DNA of 64,000 nt from Octopus vulgaris (taxonomy: Eukaryota). Below, one piece after another: positions 36,168 through 48,270 of the stretch; position 1 is the stretch's first letter; every line of letters begins with the position of its first letter. The position numbers were made by a program, and so were the translations under genes. The stretch spans positions 108,500,001 through 108,564,000 of the forward strand of contig OX597818.1 of NCBI GenBank assembly GCA_951406725.2. The letters are read 5' to 3'. The notes under the pieces are model-generated. The model did not search any database and had not been told where the DNA came from. It saw nothing but the letters and a program-made list of their open reading frames with translations.

Positions 36168-36765
36168 ATTGTTCAGTTTTATTTCAAGATTTCTTGCCAA
36201 TTGAGTATGAGCCAGTTTCTAACCTAGATCCAAGGCTCCTTCACTGGAACTTCAAAATCAACAACAGGGTATGTATGTATGTACAGATTTGTATGTTTCG
36301 CTTTATGTATGTATTCTCATGCATATAGTTGCATATCTAGATATGCTCATATATACTTAAATGATAAACTTCTGAATGGACTGGATCTGTAGTCTTCGAA
36401 TTAGCTTTCTCCTTTCTGATTTTGAAGAACCTAATTTCTCAAGATTGGTAATTAGGTAGAGTGTTACATATCCCAGGGCCCCAATAATTACAGGTATAAG
36501 CCTGAACTTGTAATCTTGATAGAGTATCTGCAGATTTCTCAATAGTTCAGCATAGGTGTTCTCTTTTTCACCGATCTTCAGTTTTATGTTAACATCCGCT
36601 GGGCAGCTAATTTCCACAACTGTACACAGTTTCTCTTCTCTATCCCAAATCATTATATCAGGTCTGTTGTGCTTACATTTTGTTGAGGCCTTCACTTGGA
36701 TATTCCACCTGTATTCCTTTTCATTATGAGTGGCTATGGCCTCTACCATATTGTGGGTTCTTATT
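36168..36765 (-). mobile_element. 3' end of R4/Dong-type element in (TACA)n
   Basis: ORF 36357-36749: WNIQV...HNRPDIMIWDREEKLCTVVEISCP...EKENTY...IPVIIGALG (PD-(D/E)xK-type endonuclease); (TATG)n on both sides. Confidence 0.88.
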
Positions 36766-37170
36766 TGTATGTATGTAATTATGAGTGCATGTATGTGTGT
36801 GTGTATGTATGTATGTGTGTGGGGAGTGTGTAGATGTATTTATTCTGCATGTATGTATAAATGTATGTGTTTGTGTGTGTGTATGTATCTGTGTATGTAT
36901 GCATGTGTGTATGTATGTATGTATGTATATGTCTGTGTGTATGTATGTATGCATGCATATATATGTGTGTATGTATGTATGTGTGTGTATGTATGTGTGT
37001 ATTTATGTATCTATGTGTGTATGTATGTGTGTATTTATGTATCTATGTGTGTATGTATGTGTGTATGTGTATGTATGTATGTACATATGTATGTGTTTAT
37101 GTGAATGTATGTATGTATGTACATATGTATGTACGCGTTTGTGTGCATGCATTTGTATGTATGTATGTAT
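36766..37170. repeat. (TATG)/(TG) compound microsatellite
   Basis: Seen directly; also 36035-36165. Confidence 0.95.
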
Positions 37171-37487
37171 ATTATTGTATCTAAAGAATAAGTGTAACAT
37201 CTCCGCAACTGAAGAATGCAGTGAAATACCATCCCTAAAAAGGCGCTTGCCATTTCCCTTGAACTGAGTTGATGACATCAGCTTCTTATGTCATCTGTGA
37301 TATCATTCTCTATCCTCACTTACCATTTTGGCAAGGTATTAATCAAAATATTCTTGCTTGAACAATTCTTGGCAACATTCAGGCAAAACCAACATGGAGC
37401 CAATGGTCCTGACTTTTTGATTTCAAATCCAATGTAATATTTATTTTCTACTTTACCTGCTTAGGGCTCTCCTTTTTCTCATTATTG

Positions 37488-37895
37488 CTCCCTCTCTCTC
37501 TCTCTCACACACATTCATTAATCTTGTCTTTCTACTTCCTTCCACACTCTCCCTCCCCTCTCTTTCTCTCTCTCTCCTTCCACTCACTCTCTCTCTCTTT
37601 CTCTCTTTCTCTCTCTCTCTTTCTCCTTTCACTCACTCTCCCTCTCTCCTTCCTTTCATTCACTCTCTCACTCTCCTTTCGTTCACTCTCTCTCTCTCTT
37701 GCTCTCTTTCCCTCTCTCTCCTTTCATTCACTCTCTCTCTCGTTCTCTTTCTCTCTCTCCCACTCTTTTCTCCAGTTCATTTCTTAATTTACTTGTTTTA
37801 GTCTTACTCTCTCCCCTTCCTTCTCTCTCTCTCCCTCCCTCTCTTTTTATGTCTCTCTTTCTCTAATTCTATCATCTCTCTTCCCCCCCCCCCCC
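37488..37895. repeat. CT-rich polypyrimidine low-complexity tract
   Basis: Seen directly. Confidence 0.9.
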
Positions 37896-38306
37896 GACTC
37901 CGATTTATTTCGTTCTGTTGTTCTTAAAATTGTGTTTCCCCCCTCCCCCACTCTCATTACCTTATTTTCAAGAATTGCAAGGAATCACAGCAGATGTTTA
38001 ACAAACACCACAATATTGGCGATAAATTTCAATAAAAGACTTGCAGAACGAAACAAAAAAAAAATGAAAATAATAGCACTACTACTCCTATTAATGATGA
38101 TGATGATGAGGAAAAAATAAAATCAATATTTTTGATGATAATTTTAAAATTTTCAAGGATTTTCAGGGATTTCTTCCAATATTAGCTTCTTTATGAATTA
38201 ACTGCAAAATAAATAGAATATTTCTATATATTTTATGTTTTTAAACGAGGTTTTTCTTTCTCTGCTTATAACCATTATTATTATTATTATTATTTATCAT
38301 CATCAA

Positions 38307-38352
<46 letters not shown>

Positions 38353-39577
38353 ATTATAAATATTATCGTTATTAGTAGCAGTAGTAGTCGTCGTCGTAGT
38401 AGTAGTAGTAGTATTAATGTTGTATTAAATGAATTTTAGGGGGTTTTTTTCCCCCTTATTTGAAAACGTGTAGGAAGAAAAGTTGAAGTTGCTTAAAGAG
38501 GGTTCTATGGAGACCAGCTGTGTCCCTCGAACGTTTAACAGCACTTTCTAATTGATATGGCAGCCACTTCAGAATAAATAAAATCCAATATCCACCATTT
38601 ACTCGAAAAATCTTTCCATGATATAACACCTGGCTTCCTTCAATGAGCATATGTGCCTCTAAGCGTGTGTGTATGTACGCATGTGTGTGTGTGTGTGCGT
38701 GTGTGTGTGTGTATGTCCTTGTGTGTGTGTGAGTGTGCATGTGTGTGTGTGTGAGTGTGCATGTGTGTGTGCATGCATGTGTGTGCATGTGTGTATGTGT
38801 GTGTGTGTGCGTTTAAACATGGTGACTCACTTCTGCATTGCTTGAAGTTTCAAAGCATTAAATTTGTATGGCCATGTCATCAGGTGCCTTGGCATCTAAA
38901 TCACAGTCACATATACATGCCTGCTCACACACACACACACAAAATCATAATAAAGGGAGACTTTTATGCACAGACAGAACCGTCACTCGTATGAGTGGTG
39001 AATATTTTTGCTCTCCAGTTTAATAATACCATTGGCTGTTTCAAGATCTGGATTGTCAAGTATAACCCGAACTTTCATGCTCATTTGTTATATTGGTGGG
39101 TGGGGGGCTCTTTCTTTGATGTCACATGATATTTTTGAACATTCATATGGGCAATGCCTGAACTTTCAAATGCCTGGGACAGCGCAGTAGATACCTTCTT
39201 CTCCTCCAAACTATATGAAAACAGATGAAGGGTTTTTGTAGCCCTTAAAAATATTTGTTGTGGGTCCTATATATTTCTTGTCAATAATATCAGAGTGTAA
39301 ATCAGAAGCTGTATATATATCGTTGATTTGGAGAAAAGCAATGTTTTGAGTGGACAGTACACTTAAAAACACTACAGTTAGACGTTGCTGGTGTAACTTA
39401 TGCTGCTGGATGCTTTAGGAAGATTTAGATTACCGTAGTTGGGTGAACAGAAAATACTGTTTGATTAGGATAAGCTCTTGGCCATATTGGTAGCCCCCAT
39501 TCATGCTTACAGTTGGATTAAATCAGATCATCTTCTTCCTTCTGATTTTGTGGTTGTAAAGAGGTGCTCTTTGTGTC

Positions 39578-39808
39578 CTACTAACCCCATGATTCTGAGT
39601 TCAATTCCAGACAGTGACCTTAATAATAATAATAATAATAATAATAATTAATAACAGCAAAAAATACCTTAGGAATGAGAACCCAGGTTTGAAATTTCTC
39701 CAAGATGCCTGATGAAGGTTGGAGGTTATATCAGCCGAAACATTGTGTTAACAACAAAGATGAGGACAAATATCCGTCAAATGTAATTAATGTTAATAAT
39801 GTACATAA
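39578..39808 (+). mobile_element. ORF-less Penelope-type terminal repeat, family 1, hammerhead at 39704-39749
   Basis: Partial tRNA-like head, (AAT)n, GATGC-CTGATGA-AGGTTG..CAGCC-GAAA-CATT-GTGTT. Confidence 0.8.
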
Positions 39809-41849
39809 TGTAACTTATGTTGTCAAGAAGTGGAGAGGGACAAACACTGACACAAACAAATATATGATGGGCTCCTTTCAGTTTCCATCTACCAAATCTA
39901 TTCACAAGGCTTTGGTCAGCCCAGGGCTAAAATAGAAAACACTTATCCAAGGTGCCATGCAGTGGGATTGAACCCAGATCCACATAGTTGGAAAGTAAGT
40001 TTCTTACCATATAGCTATGCTGGCACCTATATTAAATGAATTAAAATAGAAATCTTCCAAGATATCTTTTGCATCAAAACAGATTTGAAAATGGTTAAAT
40101 AGATTTTACTGTCAAATCCCATTTATGCTTGCATTAGCACTTCTCTCCGTGTAATTAGACGTGCACTATAAATAAACCTCTACACAAGCTCAGAATTAAA
40201 TAAAGTATATCAAGATAACTTTGTATCAAAATTGATAAACTAATAATTGAAATGGGTCTGCTATTAAATTGCACACATGCGCTGACATCGACACTTTCCT
40301 GTACACAATTAAGGTACGTACCTGTGTAAACTATAATTAAAGACTTGCATATACTTGCAGTTAAATAAAATGGATTATGCAACCAAATAGATTTCCAATG
40401 ATTAACTATGTATCAGATTAAAGCTGAAATATATGCTTACATCGATACATGTCTCTTCATACTCTTCGTACTTGCATACGCAAATTATTAAATTGCATTT
40501 AAACATATTGTACTCAATAAAAACACATTCAGCTTTCCATTAGAATAGGCTCGCAAATAATTAAATGCATTTATCACTGAATAACTTATTTGACTACCAA
40601 TACATTTTAATACAAACTGATATATGTATCAATTATATGTGCATTTAAAGGAAATATTTTGAGACATCTTTTTGCATTAGAAAACAATGTGGAAAAGAAT
40701 AGGTGAGTTTGTATGTTAAGCACATACAGACCTTTGAACATAAACAACTGCATACAACTACATGTTTAAGTAAACACATTTTCAGAATTCAATGAAATGT
40801 TCAGCTGTTTTGTCAACAAACTGGAAAAATGTTTAAGAACGGTTTACAGCTACAAACAAAATAGATATAAACTTATGTTGTCATATAAACTGTCAACAAT
40901 TACATTTAAGTGTTGATGTTTTCCATGATACCTAAAAGAGGCTCAAATACATCTAAAGACAATTAAGAGAAAGAAGCGTTAGTTAATTTTCAGTCATTGT
41001 TATAGATACTCTGACTGATAAAGCATATAGAACTCAATATGAAGTGGCAGAAAAAGCAATCTATTAGCAACATTAATTGGTTTATAGTACCTCAGTCTTC
41101 TGTACACTCAGTACCTGCCAGAAGACATTTGTTCAGAATATTTATTTGGTAATGGCTTTTCAAGAGGCATGTGATAGAATTGTCCAAGATATGGTGTGTG
41201 AGGTGTTAGGTGATTTTTAAAAACGATATAAATAGATAAAGATATAATTGATTTTCTGTTTAAGTTATTAAAAGGGTGTTTGTGTAGGGTAACACAAGTT
41301 TTAAAAGAACTAGCGGTTAATCTTATACATGACAAAGATGAATTGGAGTGGGAAGCAGTATTGGTGTTGGCACAATACACTGTCTCGTTACCTAAGCGTC
41401 TTTCTTGTAATTCCGAGTCTCTGTGACAAAATGCCTTGAGTAGCTTGTTCTCCAATTCAAACAGGCATCAAGCATATTCAGACAGGTAATAACATTGCAA
41501 TTTCTTGTAATAGAAATAAATTTTAATTAGTGTAATTTCAGGTAGATGTAATTCAGTTTAACCTATTCAGAATTTAGTTTTGATTGGTTGGGCATTGAGT
41601 CAATTTGCGAGCAGGATTATTTTTTGTCATTTTGGTTGAGAATTTAGCAGTATTTATGATTAGAAGGAAATGCTTTTTTAAAAATTTTAAAGAACTATAA
41701 CTACCCTAAAACTCTCTACCAAATAACATAAAAATTTCTACTACAATTACAACTTCTCACAAATTATTACAGTGCTCACCCACCCCACCACCACCAAATA
41801 AAATTTCCTAGAAATCAACTAAATTATATTAATAGAAATTTATACTTAC

Positions 41850-42300
41850 CACAAGGTAAATATCCAGCTATCACAAACCAATGAAAGCATCAAAACAGAA
41901 CCCAGCCTGTGCAAAACATATGATAACCACACACAACAAATATTCCCTCAAAATCAAGAGAAAATACTATAGAATCTACAGCACAAGAATATAAAAAAAG
42001 AGAATACAAAACAGGAAGAAACAAAGTAAAACCAAAAAAAATCCAAAATGATAGCAAAGACCAAAGCAACTCCTGGACAACAACAAATGTATACTCCACA
42101 GCCAACACTTAATAAGAAAACTGATAAAGACATATATCACAACAGAGTAAGCAGAGTTAGTATTAAGGTAACATAACAAAAACTATCAGAGACAAGTGAG
42201 AGATTTTGTTTTGTATGTTTGAATTAGTGTTCAGTATTAGTGAAAGTAGAGCAACTTCTGTGCAGAAGAGGTCTATTAGGACAGGGACTTGTCACCACAG
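41850..42300 (-). other. Candidate upstream (5'UTR/first) exon of a minus-strand gene
   Basis: Consensus donor TG|GTAAGTA at 41850/41849 in non-repetitive sequence; ATG at 41890 gives MLSLVCDSWIFTL. 5' limit unknown. Confidence 0.2.
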
Positions 42301-42904
42301 CTGTCCTCTTGTCTCCAGAGAGATACACTGCTTTCTTTTTTTACAGAATGAAAAGGCTAAGCAGTGATGTATATAACTACAAACTCGTTACCAGTTCAAA
42401 CCTGTCCAAGGCATATTCAAACCTTTAAGACTGCCATTCTCTGTATTTTTTGTCTTGGAGATAATTTCTTGCTGTTGACACATTTGAGTAAACACACTGA
42501 ATCCGCTCACAGCATTTCCTAACCAGGAATCATCATCATCATTGTTTAACATCCACTTTCCATGCTAGCATGGGTTGGACAAATGAAAGGGCAGAACGGT
42601 GATGTGTATAGAAACAAACTTGTTATCAGTTGAAATATGATTGTGGCATGTTGGAAGCCATTTGTTTTTGAAGAGTTTTTCATTTTTTTTTTTGTCATAA
42701 TGATTCTGAAGAAACCTTGACATTTGAAATTGCCTTCCCTCGTTATTCGGAATCGGTCATTTATTTAACTTTCTCTCAAAGCTAAGATAATTTCAATCTA
42801 TCAAGAATTAATCTTGCATGATGATTAACATTCCTTTATTAGAAATTCATGCCACAAGCCAGTTTGAATTATTTCCCTTGGCTCGAATTTGTTTTCTCTG
42901 TGCA

Positions 42905-43282
42905 TGTGTGTGTGTGTGCCAGTGTTTGCATGTGTGTGTGTGTGTGCCAGTGTTTGCGTGTGTGTGTGCCAGTGTTTGCGTGTGTGTGTGTGTGCCAGTG
43001 TTTGTGTGTGTGTGTGTTTGTGCTTGTGTGTGTGTGTTTCTGTGTGTGCCAGTGTTTGTGTGTGTGTGTTTGTGCGTGTGCCAGTGTGTGTGTGTGTGTG
43101 TGTGTGCCAGTGTTTGTGTGTGTGTGTGTGTGCCAGTGTTTGCGTGTGTGTGTGTGTGCCAGTGTTTGTGTGTGTGTGTGTTTGTGCTTGTGTGTGTGTG
43201 TTTCTGTGTGTGCCAGTGTTTGTGTGTGTGTGTGTTTGTGCGTGTGCCAGTGTTTGTGTGTGTGTGTGTGTGTGTGTGCCAG

Positions 43283-43318
<36 letters not shown>

Positions 43319-43388
43319 TGTGTGTGTGTGTGTTTGTGTGTGTGTTTGTGCGTGTGTGTGTTTGTGCGTGTGTGTGCCAGTGTTTGTT
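42905..43388. repeat. (TG)n microsatellite punctuated by CCAGTGTTT, with higher-order duplication
   Basis: More than a dozen GCCAGTG interruptions; block ~42965-43087 recurs at ~43130-43252. Confidence 0.9.
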
Positions 43389-44332
43389 TTGCTCCACTGC
43401 GTGATAATCGGTGTTGATGTGTTTACATCCCCATGACTTAGAAATTCATCAAAAAACACCAACAGAATATACTAGGCTTAAAAAATTAGTGCAGTGCTCG
43501 GTTGATTCAACTGAAATTCTTCAAGACGGTGCTCCAGCATGGTCACAGTCTATTGAAGGAACAAATGAAAACCAAACAACGTACCTGTTTGTTCATCGCC
43601 TTAATGTCTTATCTCTCAGCTTATTTATTTAACGAAGTTCTCTGATCTGTTTTGCCTCTCTCTCTCTTTGATGCTTATCCATTCATTTGTTTGTCTCATT
43701 CTCTGTTTACCAAACGCCAGAAGAACAAACAGTCAGAGCCATTAGGATCTTTTAGAAATGCTAGGAGTTATTATAATGTCTGCAGTGACCTTTCTTTAAG
43801 GCTACACGCCCATAGTTGTTCATATGGCCAACACTGCATCACTAAAGGATCTAAATGTTTCTTGAAAGGGGTCAAAAAACAACTTCTCCATTGTGGACAA
43901 TTACATTTTACTCAAGAGTTATTCTCTCACATTTAATACAGAACAACACCTATGGACAAACACACAAACAAACATACACACATGCAAAAAAAAAACGCAC
44001 GCACGCGCGCGCACACACACATGCACACACACACACACACACACGTTATTTACAATATGTATCTTGACAAGAGCTGTTGTGTTTTTGGCAAGAATTCACT
44101 CGCCAACTTTATTCAGCTGTCTGACCATCCTTGAGCTGTGAACCATCCACCTCTGTTACTTTTATCCCACCAACACCATGGCTGCAACTACTACTACTAC
44201 ACTGAATTATGTAAACTTTATGTTTTTTAATTCTTAGCTAACATGATTTATGAATGTAATCAATTTATTTTGTCAAAATATAGAATTTGCGCCAAAATAA
44301 CTCTATAATAAAATTTGGTATACAGTTCCATA

Positions 44333-44752
44333 GGTGCAAGAGTGGCTGTGGGGTGAGTAGCTTGCTTACCAACCACATAGCTCCAGGTTCAGTCCCACTG
44401 CATGGCACCTTGGGCAAGTGTTTTCTACTGTAGCTTCAGGCTGACCAAAGCCTTGTGAGTGGATTTGTTCCCAGAGATGAATTATCTGAACCCCAAAGAA
44501 TCCCTCTCAACACATGGCTATAATACTCCCCCACTACTTCTGCTCATAATCAGAGATGCACATATCATCAGCCACTAAGGGACATGCTCAACTGGTTAAG
44601 GTCAAACAACTGACAAGCAAATCTGTGGTATTGAGCAGAATATTTGCTGTAGCCCATCTTTTATACCAAGACAAAACAATGTACATGATATCACTTCCAA
44701 TCAGTTAAGATCAGAAGCCACGAGAGGCACTGCCTAGTGCTGCACCAGGGCA
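44333..44752. mobile_element. SINE family C 5' part (44333-44467) abutting a truncated (TAA)n-associated element (44468-44752)
   Basis: First part has tRNA head and ACCTTGGGCAAGTG; second part is the reverse complement of 46492-46775 and ends at (TTA)n. Confidence 0.8.
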
Positions 44753-44767
44753 TTATTATTATTATTA

Positions 44768-44975
44768 TTAAGACTATATAGGACCGAGGTAACTCATCCA
44801 GAAGTTATACACAAATATTTGTGTATAACTTCTGGATGAGTTACCTCGGTCGTATATAGTCTTAACAAAAAATGAAGTAGACTGACATGTAATATTTGAA
44901 CCTGTGGAAGGTACGCTAGATGCCGAAATATCGTTCAACCAATTTCACATGATATGGCACTCTTCTATTTATTTG

Positions 44976-44990
<15 letters not shown>
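44768..44990 (+). mobile_element. Palindrome plus hammerhead-like motif, family 3 (probable Penelope-type repeat)
   Basis: Near-perfect spacerless palindrome 44768-44865 centred on AAAT|ATTT; then TTGAAC-CTGTGGA-A-GGTA CGCTAGA TGCC-GAAA-TATC-GTTCAA (44896-44938). Relative at 62277-62570. Confidence 0.65.
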
Positions 44991-45020
<30 letters not shown>

Positions 45021-45279
45021 GTATTATTGTAACCTGTGTCTGTTTTGATATTAAGATTGAAAAAAAATCAATCTTGTTTCTGAAAAAATTTGAACCTGGG
45101 TTTGCCCTACCAGAAGCAAATTTTGTTCTTGCACTTATGATCATGTTCTGAAAGAGAGGGTCTGTGTGTGTGTGTGTGTGAAAGAGAGAGAGAGAGAGAG
45201 CGCAACGGACATACAGATAGTCAGAGTCAGTAAAAATGTATAACAGAGTTTCTTCCCCTTTCTGCCTTAATCCTAATCC

Positions 45280-45507
45280 TTAACACTTTAATATTCAGGT
45301 TATTCTGTAAATCCTAATGTTTATATATTCACATTGCTTTGAATTAATCATACATAATCTCATTGATTCAAGATTTTGATGATGTGATTGTTTATCTTTA
45401 GCATGGCATTGTAGGGCAGGTGCGAGAGGTTGGATCTGGCCAATTTGAGCATAAAACAAAGAGAATGTTTGGGTCAGAGATGGCCAGTCTAAATGCTAAG
45501 TAGTTAA
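45280..45507. mobile_element. piggyBac-like MITE (decayed)
   Basis: TTAACACTTTAATATTCAG...CTAAATGCTAAGTAGTTAA; uninterrupted version of the 5250-5898 element. Confidence 0.6.
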
Positions 45508-46192
45508 TGTGAAATCTGTTTCTTGGGAGTGTTGCAGACAGCTGCTGAATCAGTCCTTAGCTGAGTACCTGTTCAACAGATTAATCATAAATGTCATCTC
45601 CACCCTCGCAACCAGCTGTTTATCAGTCCTTGCTATCTTCATCTTTGACATCAGCCTTCACATTACTATTTCCACATCATTTCAATTCTGTGTCTATCAC
45701 TTTGACTCTCTCAGCTGCCAATAATTACTCCATTCACCCAGCAACATGCCTCAGCAACAGTAGGCTGTCGCCTTAGTTGCCCTTTTTGTTAAATTCCATG
45801 GAGCCACCCATTTGTTCCAGTTTTCTCTCATAAAACATTTGAGTGGTTCATTGAGGGCAATCTCTTGTTGCTGGAACTGCAGTGTTAAACCCCTGACAAT
45901 AACTCCTTGATTAGTTTTTAACTCCCTGATTTCATTTTAACTTTTTGATTAGGTTTCAATTGCTCGAGTTTTTTCCTATGTTGCTTCTGTTTTGTGTGTT
46001 AGAAATTGGTCAGACGTTTGCCGTGGTGCTCTCCTCAACAGATCACCTGGACAAAGTAATTATACTTTCACCAAACACGTTTTGTCCCTACCTTCATCCA
46101 TCCACTCATTAGGATGAACATGAACAAGCACCATAGAATGGAATCATTTCCCTGACTAATTTTATCTTTCTCTGCAACACATTCACCTTTTT

Positions 46193-47245
46193 TACATTAT
46201 TTACATTTGATGGATATTTTTCCTCATCTTGTTTGTTGTTAACACAATGTTTTGGCTGATATACCCTCCAGCCTTCATCAGATGTCTTGGGGGAAATTTC
46301 GAACCTGGGTTCTCATTCCTAAGATATTTTTCAATGTTGTTTCCGTCGTCGTCGTCGCCATTGTTGTTGTTGTTGTTCAGGTCACTGCCATATGCCCACA
46401 GGTATATGGCGTAGTGGTTAAGAGCGCAGGCTACAAACCCCAAGATTTCAAGTTCGATTCCAGTCAGTGACCTGAATAATAATAATAATTAATGCCCTGA
46501 TGCAGTACCAGACAGTGGCTCTCGTGGCTTCTGATCTTAACTGATTGGAAGTGTTATCATGTACATTGTTTTGTCTTGGTATAAAAGATGGGCTACAGCA
46601 AATATTCTGCTCAATACCACAGATTTGCTTGTCAGTTGTTTGACCTTAACCAGTTGAGCATGTCCCTTAGTGGCTGATGATATGTGCATCTCTGATTATG
46701 AGCAGAAGTAGTGGGGGAGCATCATAGCCATGTGCTGAGAGAGATTCTTTGGTGTTTGAATAATTCACCTCTGGAAACATAGTTATTTCGTTCAACATCC
46801 TTAAACAAACCTTATTCAGGGACCTTTTGAGCAGGATGGGTTATTTGACCAGAAGAAAATTCTTACTGGGCCCCACCTGCAAAGTCATGTGCTGTTTATC
46901 CTGATATGAGATGACCATGTCATGCACATATGGTTGTGATGCATGTGCCTAGTGTACCCTTATCAGACGGGAAGTCATGAAGGGTATACTGGGCTTTGTA
47001 TATTTTACCTCAGTGTCACTTTGATGGCATGCACTGCTCTCTCACTCAATAATAATAATAACATCAAAAAATATGTTAGGAATGAGAACCCAGGTTTGAA
47101 ATTTCCCCAAGACATCTGATGAAAGCTGGAGGGTATATCAACCAAACCGTTGTGTTACCAACAAACAAGATGAGGACAAATATCCGTCATATATAAATAA
47201 TGTAAATAATATACATAATTCCTCATCTCTTAAATATAGAACTGT
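46193..47245. mobile_element. Head-to-head pair of ORF-less family 1 Penelope-type repeats with hammerheads at 46241-46286(-) and 47111-47156(+)
   Basis: Minus copy 46193-46398. Plus copy from 46402 with full tRNA-like head (TGGCGTAGTGG..GTTCGATTCC), (AAT)n interrupted by 46492-47047, end ATATAGAACTGT at 47245. Confidence 0.85.
46492..47047 (+). mobile_element. ~555-bp non-coding element inserted in (AAT)n
   Basis: (AAT)n on both sides; near-identical partial copies at 44468-44752 and 16690-16837, each ending at (TTA)n. True polarity uncertain. Confidence 0.8.
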
Positions 47246-48116
47246 CATTTACCTTAGTTTTTCAACTGGGGTATCCATGTATCTACCTGACAGCAAGACA
47301 CCGTCTGTCCCTTCTTTACCTTAAATCTCTTAACTGGTACAAAGCCACACCCCTTCTCCCAGTCAAGGGGGTTTTGTCATGCAAGATACTTGGTAACCCT
47401 GTTGGTGTTGGTGCCATGTAAAAAGCATTGTTGCAGGTTCCCCTTGAAAAGCAACCTGCACAGTGATTGGCATTAGAAAGGGTATCCAGCCATAGAAACC
47501 ATGCCAAACCAGACAATAGAACATGGTGTGACTTGCCAGCTCCTGTCAAATCATTCACTCTATGCCAGCATGGAAAACAGATGTTAGACGATGATGATGT
47601 ATTCATGTCCATCTTCAGCTACTTCATTATTTCTCTCATCCTGCTCCAACATGAAAGTCATCTGTCAATGATGATGATGTTGATGATGATTAAGAAGATG
47701 AATAAAAGCAAGTATTTTTTGCATTGTCTGCACAAAACAACAATATAGATTTTGTTGTTTTTGTTTTTTATGCAACGACCCATTCCATCAATTCTAAACA
47801 ATGACAGCCTTGAGGGTTAAATGCATAAAAGGGTTACCATGCAGATTATTTACCAGAGGGAAGATTGCAACTGGGGTCATTGTGACACTGGAGCCAACAA
47901 GTGAGATTTCGATTCAAGACTCCTTATGTTCTCATTAGTTATTAACTTTCAGGATGGATTTGTTTAGTTGGACAAAAAACTTTGTTAGAAAATTGAAAAC
48001 CAATAATATTTGCCTTTTAATCATAGGTTAATCATTACTAAAGAAGGAATAGTATATACAAATCCTATAAAAATTTTAAAATAGGATAAAATCTTTATAA
48101 GAATTTATCAAGTAGT

Positions 48117-48270
48117 TCAAATTCCACCGAGGTCAACTTTGCCTTTCATCCTTTCACTGTTGATAAATTAAGTACCAGTTACACACTGGGGTCGAGATGT
48201 GATTGACTTAATCCGTTTGTTTGTCCTTGTTTGTCTCCTCTATGTTTAGCCCCTTGTGGGCAATAAAGAA
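48117..48270 (+). mobile_element. 5'-truncated SINE family A with 20-bp TSD
   Basis: ATAAGAATTTATCAAGTAGT at 48097-48116 and 48271-48290; the empty target is repeated at ~48737-48800. Confidence 0.9.

Noticed and set aside
42818-43462. Long Cys/Val- and His/Thr-rich ORFs (also 36724-37278, 49167-49667, 55343-55851, 60599-61096, 61337-61891)
   Set aside because: Translations of microsatellites; open in several frames because the repeats lack stop codons.
46402-46472. Functional tRNA gene (also 3501-3575 and other A/B-box hits)
   Set aside because: No convincing acceptor stem or oligo(T) terminator; always attached to repeat bodies, so these are SINE or Penelope heads.
46674-46680. CTGATGA inside the 555-bp element as a hammerhead core
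   Set aside because: No stem II followed by GAAA at a suitable distance.
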